Shown piece after piece: positions 24,000 to 37,700 of a stretch of 64,000 nucleotides of DNA (its first letter is position 1; every line of letters starts with the position of its first letter). Location: positions 1 through 64,000 of the forward strand of contig NIVC01000414.1 of assembly GCA_002269645.1 (NCBI GenBank). Direction: 5' to 3'. The notes under the pieces were generated by a model, which saw nothing but the letters and a program-made list of their open reading frames with translations, had not been told where the DNA came from and did not search any database. The stretch is from Macrostomum lignano (taxonomy: Eukaryota). The position numbers were made by a program, and so were the translations under genes.

Positions 24000-26900
24000 A
24001 AAGTCTTAGGGATAGCTCCGAAAATTAAGTTCCTTGTTGTCCCTGGAAGCTGCATCCTTGGAACGCAACTTTTGAACACGAGAAAAGTTCTGCTTAGCGT
24101 TCTTCTGCATCATTTTTAGAAGTTTTCACCATGCTGCCGCTCGAGCGCTGTCTCAACATATCGTCATACATGCTGTTCGCTGTTTCACCTCTTCACCTCT
24201 GTATTTTCTATAGGCCAGTACGGAGTGACTTGCCGATGGTGAGTGTAAATTAGCGATGTAAGAGCCGAGAATGTAAGACAAAGTAAATGAAATATAAGTT
24301 TTAGGTATGAGGCAGCGTTAGCCAAAGAAACAAATAATGTTTGGCAGGATCTTCTGGAAACAGGCGCCGGAACTGGACGAGCCGAATGGGACACTCGTGA
24401 ACTGGTAGAGACCGCAGTGAGTGATGAAGGCAGTCAGCTGCCTGCTGCCGGGGTGCAGCGGAATCTGTAGGTAGCTTTTCTTCAGGTCCAACTTGGCGAA
24501 CACCTGGGCGCCTGCAAACTTGGCGGTCAGCTCCTCCTGCGTTGGCACGGGGAACTTGTCCGGGTTGATGGCTGGTTGCAGTTTCGCAGGTCGACGCAGA
24601 GTCGCAGGTCGCCGTTTTTCTTCTTGGAGACGACCAACTTCGACACCCAGGGAGACGTGTCGATCTTCGCAATGACGCCTGCAGCTTCCATCTTGTTCAA
24701 TTCGTCCTTCACGCGGTCCTACAGCGCCAGCGGCACCCGGCGCAGCGGCTCGACCGTCGGCGTCGCATCCTGGCGCAGTTGCGGTCTGTGGCAGAACTTC
24801 TTGGCCCTGCCAAGATGCCTGGGAACTCCTCGGCGATGTCCTCAACGCTGCTGATCTTTTTGACCCGGATCGAGAATCCGAGCTTGTCCATGCCGCCGAT
24901 ACCAAGGATGTTGGCACCTCGCCGCGTGATAAAGAATCGGCAGACTGCAGCCTTGCCCTGGTACACGACGAGACGGCGAGCTTTTTTGTGAGTCGGCGGA
25001 ATGACGGGTTGCTTCGGCAGGCGCTTCATGGTCTTCTCGTTGATGATGTTGACCCTTGAGCCAGTGTCCAACAGGAGCTTTACGTCGATGTCAGCGATGC
25101 TGCAGTCCACGAAGTTTAGAAGTGATGCTGCGCACTGAACTGCAGACACCTCGAATGGCCCATCGTCGTCATTGTCGTCCTTGACGGTGCGGAACTTGCT
25201 TCGCTGTCGGCAACAGGACTTGAAATGACCGACCTAGTGGCAGTGCAGGCAGGTATTGTCTTTCGCTGGACACTCGGGGGCGTGGGCGGCGTGCCCAGCT
25301 CTTCCGCGATTGACGCATCGCTCGTCCGAGCTGGATTTCTGCGGCGTCGCGTGCTTGGGTCCCTTGCGTGGCGGGCGCTGGCTGACCTTCTGGATCCGAG
25401 ACTCATGCTCCTTGTCGCTCTTGCCGTCGCGCAGCTTCTTGGCGTCGTTAATGGCGGATTCGATCTGAATCGCTAGGGCTGTGGCTGTCTCCAGCTCGAG
25501 CACCTTCTCCATGAGCAGTCGCTCTCTGATGCGCGCCGAATGGGTCTTCTCGATGATCTGATCGCTGATAATCTGGTCTCGAAGAGCGCCGTATTCCAAT
25601 CTGCTGCGAGTTCGCGAAGGGTGTCAACGAACTGGCAAATCGGCTCACCAGGCATCTGGGCGCGTGACTTGAATCTGTAGCGGTCGGTTGTTGATGGTGC
25701 TGTGAGACTGGCCGAAGATTGTCTTCAGCTCTTCCACCAGCTTGTCGAAGGTGTGTCGACCCGAGCCTTGGGCAGCTTCCTCAGCGCGAAGATTCGCTGG
25801 ACCTCCTCGACAAGCAGATGAACAAGAATCGCTTTCTTTCGTGCGTCTGATGCTTTTTTAGGTCCAAGGCTTCCAAGTAGATCTTGAATCCTTCGATCCA
25901 ACGATTCCAAGGCGTTTTTGGCTGTCCTGGGTGGTCGAGAAACACGCGCGGCTCGGAAATGCTCAGGCTCGTCGTCAAGTTAGGTATGAGGCCGCGTGGC
26001 CAAAGGAACAACGGAGAAATAAGTGAGAATGTTGGGAAAACACATATTTAGCTAGTCAGTCACGTAAACAACAAAACCCCACCCCTGGCCTAGACCCAGC
26101 CAATCCAAAGGCGCCACGCGCACTATCACTCCAATACGATGTGCAAGCCGCATACACAACAATAAGGTTATGGAATTCCAGGAAAATCACGGTCCACTGT
26201 GCGACACGAGCTCTTTGCACTCACCAAATGCGCTGAATATCACCGTCATGTTTTTGTTATTATAGAGTTGTTGTTGATCATAAGTAGTAGTTGATTAGTA
26301 CAAGTAGAGTTTTACCAGATGGAAGGGGTCATACAAGATCAACGCCAAGAAGTTTTTAGACACAACTAGGATGCTCGTTGGTAATATAGGTGACTTTCGC
26401 GCTATCGTCGGCTTGTTATATCTATTGTATATGCATGGACAGAACTGATTAGGCAGGACTGATCGATATACATACGGTATCTCATACAGCCTTCTATCAT
26501 CTACACCACGATTGAGCCTTTGCACAAATTTAATATTCAGCTTCATGGGACTGAATGTCGCGAGACATACATGGCCACCAGATGCAACTTTTCGATTGCT
26601 CGGTCATCGTTGTGATGCCGGAGCGATCCTAATGACCCGGCTGTAGCACATGCTGAACGGCGTTTTAGTGGATGACGTAGCGGTATTGGTGCTAGTGAGT
26701 CCCAATCTCCATCGTTTTACTTCGATTTCTCTTCATTTTTAATGAAATTGATTGCTTTGACAAATTGGTCCGTCTTATTGCATAGTCTGTCCAGGTTCAT
26801 ACCTCAACTCGAAAGTGAAGACTGTGAATTTAGATAATTTGAAAAGATTAAAATTTTCGCAGGACTGTTCCTTCTCTCCACATCGCTATAAGAACAGCTT

Positions 26901-27060
26901 GAGTAGCATGTTAGATTGATGTTACGGCATGCATTAAGCTGAGTTAAAACAGCGCTCGGTCCTACGGGTAATGCTTAAACCCCCACAGTTGTGTGTAGCG
27001 ATGTATTAGTTGCCATGCTGCGATTCCCAGCTGTCGTTGCCATGTGGAATGAAGCAGGGG
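24000..27060 (-). pseudogene. Old, decayed Gypsy pol remnant (RNase H and integrase) split by a nested insertion
   Basis: Minus-strand fragments ALPVGPSAVLTQ, FELRYEPGQT, SGITT..CIWWPCMSRDI..ICAK, LGVDLV*PLPSGKTLLVLINYY and ELVSHSGP. Beyond the nested element it continues with HRQVTPYWPIENTEVKR. Stops and frameshifts present. Confidence 0.75.
24299..26161 (-). mobile_element. Internally deleted Gypsy (Mag-like) element nested in the older Gypsy
   Basis: 5-bp TSD ATAAG (24294-24298, 26162-26166); 5' LTR ~25978-26161 followed by PBS-like TGACGACGAG; gag FLDHPGQPKTPWNRW..F..YL; LRDQI; knuckle C..C..GH..CP; protease LLDTGS; RT start SPWVSKLV..LRLCVD..FPVP..DLKKSYLQ..YQFTSVPFG, fused to a ~40-bp LTR end. 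Multiple frameshifts. Confidence 0.88.
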
Positions 27061-27119
27061 AGGAACTCTACGAGTCTCACGAATAAACGTGCATCGCATG
27101 GGTTGGTGGGCTCTTTCAG

Positions 27120-27875
27120 CTTCTAAGGAGATGTGAACTTAAAGAGTCAAAATGGAGCCCGAAGCATTGGGTCCCGATTTCTTTACGCCAGTCTCTCTAT
27201 TTGGAGCCAAAAAGCTACCGTTATGCCGAAAACCAGACTACTTTAGCATTTGGCGATCTTTATGGAGAGAAATGGGATAAATTCGGTTTTAATATGATTG
27301 AAAACCTTCCAAGTCATTTTATGATTTGAGTTTATTTTGAGTTCTGTTATTTTGAGTTTAATATGTTTTCATTGGGTATTATCAGGACCCTCTAGAATAT
27401 AGCCATTTATGAAAAATTGTACTAAAACTTGACGATAGTCACATAAGAATTATTGAGGGAATGCACGTTTAGGAGTTACTGAAGAATGGTGAACGCTTTA
27501 AGCTGTGGTTTTACTTATATCAAGTCTCGTATGAGTTTAGGACTTCTTTCAGGGCATTTTTCGTCAAAAAGGTATATTAATCACGAGATAAGGTGTGACA
27601 CAAACCCCTCTTGACGCTATTTATGTCTCCATCATGCTAGGCAGGGAAACACAATGAAAGCTGTGGTGTGGGGATAACATAAACATTATTAAGTGGTAAT
27701 ATAATGGGGGCATAACATGGCATTACTATCGCTCCTATTCTTCATGCAAACATATAAAAAAGCGTTTACCATGGTCATCTCGTCATTTTGCTCCAAATGA
27801 AGGGATTGGCGTAGGCAAATCGGGACAAATGTCGGGCTCCATTTCGACTCTGAAGTTCACATCCCTTGAACTCTG
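27120..27875. mobile_element. Diverged MITE-like element with ~100-bp imperfect inverted termini
   Basis: GATGTGAACTTAAAGAGTCAAAATGGAGCCCGA..TCCCGATTT..TACGCCA..ATTTGGAGC at 27.13-27.22 kb, mirrored at 27.79-27.87 kb. TSD not resolved. Confidence 0.65.
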
Positions 27876-28770
27876 AATGTTAGAGAACGAAATTAAGTAG
27901 CTAAGGGTAATGGTGCGTTAGCAAATATTCTAAATTTTTTTTTCATTTCCTTAATCCAATGGCAATGGTAATTTAGGAGCGTACATTTACAGTAGGTTCA
28001 AATTCTGTCCCCCTCACTAAATGAAAGAAGTTTCGATTCGAGAAAGCTAGCCGGCCAGCGAAGTAAAAATTTGAACAAAATAACGAGCAACAACTATTGA
28101 GATCCCTGCGCTTGCTGTAGTGCTATAGAAATATTCTCTTCCCCACTGTGCACAGTGAGCACAATACGGGAGAGAAAGCAACCCATTATTCTCTACCCAT
28201 GACCAGAGAGCATGCTATAAACTGCAAAAATCAGCTGCAGACGGTTCCGAACTGAGTCATTCGATCGTGTATATTTAATTCAAGCTGCAAGTTCATTAAG
28301 AACTGCTACTTGCTTTTCAATGCATCCAATCAGCAGACCAGGAACGGTGCATCGAATTTACGGAGACGATTCTAGACTGCGAACTGTTGCTTGTGAGTAA
28401 TAAATGCACAATCAAGTGGATAGCTCATAATTTCAAGCTCATATCTCTCATAGCATAAAAGCTGAGCTTAGGACTCTATCTAGCTAAAAAAACAACCAAG
28501 GAGAGAATCCTGAATTTTATTGGATATATCCTCTTGGTTGACCTTTATTGTCCTTAGGCGAATGCACTGCTGCAGCGAATGAAATTGATTCTTCACTGGA
28601 TCGGCTTAATTACCAACTTGACTGATACAATATATCAAAGTGACCGTGAGCCAGAACCTGAAGTTAAAGCTAGAACTACCACAAAATCATAAACCAAAAA
28701 ATGGAGTTAGGCTACATGTGTCTAAAATTGAATCTGTAGTGAAGATTACTTGGCCCAGATCGCGTTCAGG

Positions 28771-31700
28771 ATGTCCTTGCGCCTGACTAGAATCGGGGGT
28801 GGGCATTCAAAGTTCACTAATACCTTCATTAAACACTTTTCTGCAGACACGCAGCTTAACTCGGATTCTGAGAACTTTGATTTGAATTCGAATTCCAACA
28901 ATGAAGATAAATTTTACTCCGTCGAAGAAGCGGTGGAGAGGCTGGGCTTTGGAAAATTTCAAATCAAGCTCCTGTTTATCACGGGAGTCATGACGGTGAG
29001 TTCTTTAAATTGTAAGGACTTTAAATTTTCCTAAGAAAATTTGTCGAAACTACCACATTATTGGCTGCCAACGTCACACTCACGAATAAAGTGTTAAACA
29101 GATTCTGCAGCTAATGTACTAACATGCAATTTTATTTGTGCTCCACATTTCCGATGCTATGTATGCAAATGAGCCAAATTTTCACTTTCCCTACCCATGC
29201 CAGGCAGCGGACGCAATGGAGATGCTGCTGCTGTCAGTGCTGGGCCCCGCGCTCCGCTGCGACTGGCGCCTGACGTCAGCTCAGGTGGCCGGCATCACCA
29301 CTGTGGTGTTCGCTGGAATGCTGCTCGGAGCTCCTGTCTGGGGTGCCGTGTCGGACAAGCGAGGTCGCTGGAGCGTGTCCGCCCTCTGCTTCATCCTCAT
29401 GGCCTACTTCGGTCTGCTCTGTTCGTTCGCGCCGAACTACTTCTGGCTCGCCAGCCTTCGCGGTGTCGTGGGCTTCAACATCGGCGGTGCCGCCACGTCC
29501 TTCACCCTGCTGTCCGAGTACCTGCCTCAGCGGCACCGCGCCAAAGTGCTCATCCTCTTCAACCTGTTCTGGGGTGTTGGATCCACCTTTGAGATCCTGC
29601 TGGCTTACCTGGTGCTGCCCACTTTGGGCTGGAGATACCTGGTGGCCTTCTCTTCACTGCCGCTGATCTTGACGCTGCCATCGCTTTGGGTTAGTGATTT
29701 TTTTAAACTAATTTTTCTCAAGTTAGCTATCTATAGATCTGTAAGAGCTCATTCGATCTGCCCTCAACTTGAGCTTCAACATAAGCTTCAAGCTTCAACA
29801 TAAAAGCTTTGGTGTTGATAAATAAGAAAAATATTATTTTATTGCGCTTTTAAAACTTTGCAGTGCCTTCCGGAGTCAGCAAGATTCTTGCTGGCTTCTG
29901 GAAAAGCGGATGAGGCAGTTAAGGTAATTGACCAAATTGCACGAGAGAATGGCCGACCGTTGATGAAGGGCCGACCGGCAGGTATCTCTGAGGTAAGTTC
30001 ACAAATCCATACTTGCTCATGTCGAAATCTTTTTACGAGCGAGACTATACTGGGGGTAATGTGAACAGTGTGAATGGTTGCCTGCGTGCGAATCTGTCTG
30101 TGTCCATGGATTTGTTTGACTGTAATAAATGCCTGACAAAAAGCAGATCCAAACTTTGCAGACAGAAACTCGAGGCCACATCTGGTCGCTGTTTCACACG
30201 TCCTACCGCCGAACAACGCTAATCCTCTTCTGTCTGTGGTTCGGCATCGCCTTCTCCTACTACGGCATCGTGCTGGTCAGTTCGGAGATGTCTCAGCTGC
30301 ATCGGCAGTGCGACCGAGGTCCGGCGCTGCCGCCGGGGTCGGAGAGCGTCGCTAGCAACGCCTCGTTGGTGAAAGACAACTCATGCTGCAGAGGCCTCGA
30401 AGCGGAGGATTACAAAGCTATGCTTATCTCATCGTTTGGCGAATTTTTAATAATCCCATTTAATCTTCTCACCATTGACTGGTTGGGTAGACGGTGGACT
30501 CTGGCGATCAACTACCTGCTCATGGGGGTGTTCTTCGGCCTGATCTGCCTCTGTGTCCCGAGCGGCGTATCGGCAGCTTTTCTTCTGCTGGCTAGAGCGC
30601 ATGCTGGGGGCATTTTCAAAATCGATTACATCTATACTACTGAGGTGAGTAGGCTCTATTTTATCTATTTAACTGTTATCGTAAAATATTCCCATAGACA
30701 TGCTGGGGGATTCGCGCGTTACAGGTATTAGGCTTGAAGCCAGCGAACGCCAGCAGAAAAAATATGCTAGCGCATGAGAGAGCCGAGAGCTCATTTTGAG
30801 TTTACAACTCGCAGTAATTGGTGTCTCACGAATTTAATCTAATTCATCAAAGAAGCGGAGAACACAACAATATCTATACATATAGGGGTACATCTGTGAT
30901 GTGTTAATTCATGCACATGCCATATCGTTTTGTCCCCTAGATCTCTTTACCTCTTTTTGACCAATTAAGTTCGGTCAATCAACATTGACCAATCCACTGA
31001 TCCATTTCCATTGACTAGCACAAATTTATCCCGCATTTATCCCTCTGCACCCAAAGTGCAGTCGATAAAAATTGAAAACTAAATTATGCATATGCAATTT
31101 TGAACGAAACAATGGCTGGTCGGTTCAAGCGAATTTTTGCACCGCTTTTTATCTGTAAAACTTTATTGCTCAGCGGTAAACGCCTCAGACTCTCGCGCCA
31201 TTACCAGTGGTCGGTGCCGCTCGCGGCCATTTTCACTTAGGGCTTGTGTGCACGAAAATTCACCTCGAGGCAGTGTCGTCCGATTTACAACCATAAGGGC
31301 CAAGCACCACGGCACAGAGTGCACCTGCCTGACGATTAGAAAGTCGGAGCCGCTGTACATCCTGTGAGCGTGTATGAGTGCGGGCCTGCGTTCAGTATCC
31401 GAGAGCTTGTATGCGTTCAGGAGTCAGCGAAATGGACAGAATTATTGCCGTCAGCTTTGGTTGTGAAACGATTTCATTGAAGGTATTGCTTCAGGGTAAC
31501 TTTACAGCCCTTAAAGACCCCTGCAGTCATCACCTCTACCTTTTGGTGTTTTCAATGGTTTCTTTTGTTGATCTGTAAGTGAAATAAACATTAAAGCGGT
31601 GCTCAATTCAATTCTAATTCATCGCAGGTGTACCCTACCGTAATTCGAAGCATCGGCCTCGGTATCTGCTCCGCCATGGCTCGATTCGGTTCCATGAGCG

Positions 31701-31956
31701 CCCGTTTGTAGCTCAGGTCGTACTTCCCGACGTGAGCTTGTTTGCTGGCTTTGCCACGTTCGCTTTAGTGGGCATCGGGTGCGCCGGTCTATCCCTGATG
31801 CTTCCTATCGAGACCAGAGGCCGGGCCATGCCGCAGAGTCTGGACGTCGATGAGATCGATCAGGGAGGGCAGCAGCAGCAAGTGCTGAGCTATAGGCCCG
31901 ATCCGGATGGGTCTTCTGCAACTTTAGAAATAAAAATTCAAGGGAAGATTAAATGA
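28771..31956 (+). CDS. SVOP: SVOP-like (SV2-related) MFS transporter, 5 exons: 28771-28995, 29204-29689, 29864-29992, 30162-30644, 31628-31956; apparent 1-nt deletion at ~31701
   Basis: YSVEEAVERLGFGKFQ, ADAMEM.LLS.LGP.LRC.W, SDKRGR, LLSEYLP..R, LPESAR, DWLGRR, YTTEVYPT.IR..G.G..S.MAR, LPIET.GR. All junctions are GT-AG and in phase. Confidence 0.92.
31150..31490 (+). mobile_element. SINE family B copy in SVOP intron 4
   Basis: TTGCTCAGCGGTAAA head, TTAGGGCT, then GAGCCGCTGTACATCCTGTGAGCGTGT..GCTTGTATGC..GGAGTCAGCG, similar to the reverse complement of 57800-57915. Confidence 0.6.
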
Positions 31957-32847
31957 GACGCTGACTGCGGGTATTTTAAATGGCTCTCGGTACGTGTAAG
32001 GTAAGATGGTGAATGCAAGGAAAATCTAGTAAGTTAATTTTTCGGTTGATGCATACACACCTTGTACAATTCTTTGTAGTCACTTTCAACACCAGTTTTG
32101 CGATTTGATGTTGCGGCGGAGTAAAAGAGTCTTAAAACCTCCTTAACGAGTCTTAAAAACGAGCGAACGGTGCACTAACAGCAGTTTTTCATTTCAAACA
32201 CAAAATTTTTGCATCTGCAAGCATAAAAAGTATAGTGAAGAGAAAAAGTTTCTGTATATTTGACTAATATTGGATCGATATTGGACCGGACTTGCATTTC
32301 CTCGAGGTTTTAGAGTTTATTCAACTCGTACATGTATATCTGTACTCTGTAACCGGATCTGCTACTCTAATGCGTCTTGGTAGGATGGTTCTTTCATGCG
32401 AAATTCACCCATAGGAGCCCCGCATTATTTGAAAAAATGGGCTTATAGTTCTGCTGCGCAGTTATTATTGTAACGTTGCACAGGTGTGAAAATAATCGGC
32501 TTTGTTTAATAACGACAATCGTGATCGTAAATTTGTCATTTTTTCTATTTCTGTGCCCTCTGATATCAGCGACTTTTCTAAGCCCCTGCCCACGCTGTCG
32601 CCCTACAGCCTCGAAATCGCCGTAGCTGGTAGCTGCCGACTCATATTGTCTTCATTATTGGTCTCTGGGCTAAAACATATATTTATAATGTGAAAAAAAA
32701 ATATAGTGCTTCGTCAAAAGATTTAAAAAGTTTGTGCTAATCATTCAATTCGTCACTATAATCTTACAATTTTCTGTAGCCGGAAGTTGCTTAATTGGCA
32801 AACTTTCCACCAAACTTAAGTTTTTTGTTTTAACACGCAAACTAGTA

Positions 32848-33071
32848 CACCTTTTCACGTTCAATTTTGAACAAAGTCCAGTTCTAAAAAAACTAGCGGA
32901 AATTCAATTCAGACAATTCAGACTGGGGACAATTTTGTCTATGGCTAAACCTCGCTTCCGTAGCAGAATGTTTTGAACTGGGTTTTGTTGCCCCAGTCTG
33001 AATTGTCTGAATTGAATTTCCGCTAGTTTTTTTAGAACTGGACTTTGTTCAAAATTGAACGTGAAAAGGTG
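32848..33071. mobile_element. Young hairpin MITE (224 bp, TA TSD)
   Basis: 83-bp perfect inverted arms (32846-32928 / 32991-33073, including the TA) around a 62-bp spacer. Confidence 0.88.
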
Positions 33072-34777
33072 TAATAATAAGGCTAAAGAGTATTTCTTGT
33101 CTACGAGCGAGCGTATTTGCTTGTTCTCTCAATACTGACGAATCTCGAGAAGTACTATTTACTTATACTTGTAGCTTTGCTTTGCAATAATCAGCTGAGT
33201 AGTATAACAAAACTCTGACTGTTGTTGAATTGAATTGAATTTAGACTGATGGATTTGATATCGAAAGGCAGGTATAACAATGCTTTTTTACCATTTCCTA
33301 TCAATATCATTGATCGTTGCATAGCTTCTCACTGTGTACTTTTCATCTTTTAAAACTTGCTATGGGAATATGGGAGTAGGGGAAGTGGCAGCCCGGAGAA
33401 CGACACGATAGAGGCTCTAAAGCATCAAATTATAGCATGCAAGATTGTAATGCACGCATATCCTATACACCCAAGACTGCTCCGCGCGCAATGAAGTCAG
33501 GCGTAAATGAATGCGGGAGATGATGAATGAATGGGCTGTATTATAGTTGCAGAGATGCTTCTCGTATTTTAAGACTAACATGGAAACATGGCAAAAAACT
33601 CATATAATAGAGGAGGCCTTCCGTCATAGAACATAATACTAAGGATAAGTTTCACTCTTTGAGAGCAAAGGCCTAATAAAACTAATTTATTAGAAAATGG
33701 CCATCGACTTCATGTTCAATTTATTCTGAGTTTTGACAAATGAATAAATTTTAACTTCGCTATATCACAATACTCTCGTGATAAATTTTATTAATTTCGT
33801 TATCGTGATGTAATTAGTAACTTTTGGACCGATATAATCTTTACTGACTTTAATGAATCTTAAAATTTTCTCACACACTAATTTTTATGATCTAGGAGAC
33901 ATGAAAAAAGATTATGGCACAACAGAAATGAACAGACACAGGTCAGTCAAGCGTTACAATCGACAACAGTTTAGAGAAAGGACACAGTTTTACTAATAAA
34001 ATAAAGTATTGAATCCATTATAAAACAAAGTAAACAAACAGACTTAAACAAAAATAGTTTTAATCATTAATAGCTTCATTCACTGACTAAACAAGTTCTG
34101 CTCAAGATTTAACAAAATTATAACAAAAACTAACGCTATTCGAAGAATACAGTTTAACGCCACCAAGACAGTAGAAGTTCGTCAAAAGAGCACATCGTCA
34201 AATTTTAAACGCCAACTGCTGAAAAAAAAACATTCTTAGAATAAAAGACGATCCACAACAGTCCCAACAGGGACGAAATTTCACTGAACAATAAGTCGGA
34301 CAAAACCTGCGAAGTAAATAGCCAGACTGAGCTATCAGCTAGAGAAATTATTCGCAAGTTCCAGAGAATTGACTACTTTTTAAAAGACACATTGTATCAA
34401 CGTAGACTTCAGAAAAAACGGCAAAAGGTACACCGAAGGTTTTCATAACGATAATCAGAACCAGTATCATCCAAAAATATTGCGTAGTTGTAGCAACATC
34501 TGTTATACGCTTTCATTTGGAATAATAGTTGACGCTATGTGGGATATTTAGATGCCTTCAAGTAATTCGTGATTTCAGAAAAATTCTAAATATGACGTTC
34601 AACTAATATTATATTGTTTAGTAGCTGTCATACTTCGCAAAAACGGTTCTGTTACAATTAAAATAATCGACAATATGAAAAGTCTGGATCACAAACACAA
34701 CAAACTAAATATCGCTGCTTTTTAATCCAAAAATATATTTAGCCCAAAGTCATGCTGACAAAGGTAGCTCCAATAGT

Positions 34778-37700
34778 TCAAGTCGCGGCTCCAGTTGCAC
34801 TCGCAGTCAACGGGTGCCACATGGCGAGGGCCCGGCGAGGATTTGCAACCGTCTCCATCCAGTGTTGCCTGCCGGAGCGACAGTCGACACTGTTCCCGAG
34901 ACGCACGGAGCCTATGGTCGCGTCCTGGCCCAGCAGATCTTTGTCCAGCACCGCCACCTCAACGGACAGGCCATGCAGGAGGTCTGGCGTCACTCGAAAC
35001 GTCATCGCTTCGTTCCACACAGGATTCAAGGCGCGCTTCTTTGACGTGGTCTTCTTGCGCTTCTTGATGCCTTTCTCTTCATGTAGCAGAGTCACTCTGA
35101 CGTAAGGATCTGAAGTAGTTGGTTCTTCTTTAGTGGGGCTTGTACTGCTCTTAAAGTATAATAGTTACAGTTACAGCCTTAGAAATTTTGACCGTCGCAG
35201 GTGGGTAAGGACGTGACATTTAAACAAAACCAATCCATATCATCTTTATTAAAGGTGCCATAAATCAGGTACGCAATCAGATCGGAATGATTAATGATAT
35301 TCAAACACCTACACCTCGCAGGCCATGCAAGCTGATCTAGGTTGTATCTGGTATCCATATACGCTGAAAGGCAATCTTCATTTAATTTGATTTTCGAGCC
35401 AAGCCACTTTTAGCACGCGATGTGATCTCACCCATGGATTTTTCGCTGTTGATCTGACGCAGGTTTCGCGCTTTCATCACGGCTATGGTGAGCTTCTCGG
35501 CTCCCGGCAGGAGGCTGAGTGAGAATAGCAGCTCGCCGTTGCTGTATTGGTTCTGTTTTTTGAAAAGGAATTTTTTATTTGAACTTCTTGCTGATTAAAT
35601 AGAATCAAGTTTCTCGTAATTGCTTTCAGGGAATTTTGAAGCCCTCTTTGAAGCAAACTCTTTTTTCTAAATAACGCAGTGTTGTAGTGGTAGAAGATTT
35701 ATGTTAAGCTGAAAACTGGCCTAGCTAGTTTCTATGATATTTGAATGTTCCTATAGAATTAATTACGTATAGTTCCAATACAAACTAGGTAATTTTCCTT
35801 AAACCCTAATGTCAACGTGGGCGTGTTTAGGAATCAGTTTTCCCTGTGCTCAAGATTAAAGACCGCTTAACAACTCACCTCGTCAACTGATCTCAAGGAA
35901 CCCACCACCTCCGGCTCAGATGTGACATCAATGCTGCCCAGATCCGCACTGAATTCTCCCACCGGAGCATGCCGAGAAAACTTGTCAAAGTCCTGCACCA
36001 GCAGTCGCAATCGGTGACCCTCGAGGCTGTCGAAATCAATTGGAAATTTGAAGGTCTGATCGAAAGTCGGACAGCTGGTCCTGCGCTGCAGCGAGGTCTG
36101 CCGCTCCTTACTGTCTATGGGCGGCTCCAGGCTCAGCGTGATGAACGGGTCAACAAAGTCTTTCTGGCGATCGCAGCTCACGAGATCGGTGGCTGTTAAT
36201 GGGATGAAAATTTTGCGAGTGCGAGATTTAATAGCGTCACTGGCACAATTACCGTGATCTTTTTCGATTGCTGACTTTTTATTTAATTTGTCCATCCGTC
36301 ATTTCAAAGTTTTTTTTCAGGAAGCCTGTTCAACCCATTCAAAGAAGGATAAGCCTGATGAAGATGAACTCAGAGTCTGTACTGCCTACTTCAATATTTT
36401 AACTTCCTGCGTTTTTTAAGTCTGCATTTCCGGCTTCAGTGTGTCGGCAGAATTTTTATTTCCTAATTAACTGTCGTTTTGACAAATTTTAAGATCCCTA
36501 GGGAATATACGCTAATATTCTGGCTAACTACTCGTAAATCTCTTTTTAAGCGCACTTCCGCCATCCCATTAGAAACTTCATAATTAAGACCGGTAGCATG
36601 ACACTGGAATTAAACTTTTCGGTACAGACAGTGATTCCCTCGATACATTTAGACAAAAGAGAAAACTCACGAAAAGACCACTGATTTCCAGTAAGGTTCT
36701 GATCGTTATTATTTTTAATACTCGTTGAGGAATTCTGCTAATTTTAAAGAGTTTGTGACCTATTATCAACTCCGAGAAAGTTCATGCAAAAGTTACCTCG
36801 AAGCACGTGAACCAACAGGTCTGACGTATTGAAATTGTAGCCCAGCCGAAATACAACTTGGCCCAGTTTCGTTTCTTCGGAGTTCTTCTGTCCGGTTGAG
36901 TGGCCGGAGCGTCTCTGACCGTTGCCCGACTCAGCAGGCATGATGAGCACGGTGCCCTCTTTCCGGGTGTACAGTGAGGGCTCGAGGCTGCCTGTGGAAA
37001 TGTTATAATTACAAATTTTCTTTTCTGCATTCACAGCGCGTGTTTTACTGGACCTTAACCATTTGCCATGGACCCGGACCATGGAGAATGGTTCTGACAA
37101 CCAATTTATTTTAGATACCTCTGATCTGTGACGCACGTAGAGGGGGCCCGGGGGTGCCTCCTCCCACCAATCGCCGACACAAAATTTGGAGCTCTATAAA
37201 ACAGAGCAATTAAACAAATAGAGGCCCCTCCGGTTACCCTTGTAAAACACTTGGTTACGTAACTGTCTTTGGCCCCCAATCAACTTTCATATGCAAGCCA
37301 AAAGGGAGTTATTTAAACAGTGTGAAATTATCTAATACTTCAATCTAGTGATTTCCCGGCAACAAAAAAAGGATTCATTCTGCACGATTCTCAGCCGTAT
37401 AGCTCCGCCTCGTATTTTATTACACTTTTGTGACTCAAGCCAGCAAAGTGAATCGTGTTTGCTCTGAAGAGCGATTTTGGACCAACAGCTAGCTCTTATC
37501 AACCTGAGAGAGAACAGCCAGGCCCTGCAATACGAGGTTCACTGTTTGCCTACCCATCGCTTATAGTTTTGTAGAGGCAGAAGAGATGCCTCTCCAGAGT
37601 CCCTGCCTGAAAGAGAGCTGCTACGAGGGGAGCTGTAATCCAAATTGCCAGCATAAACCGATTAGGCTGCTAGGCTCCAAGGTAGCAAATGGATCCTATA

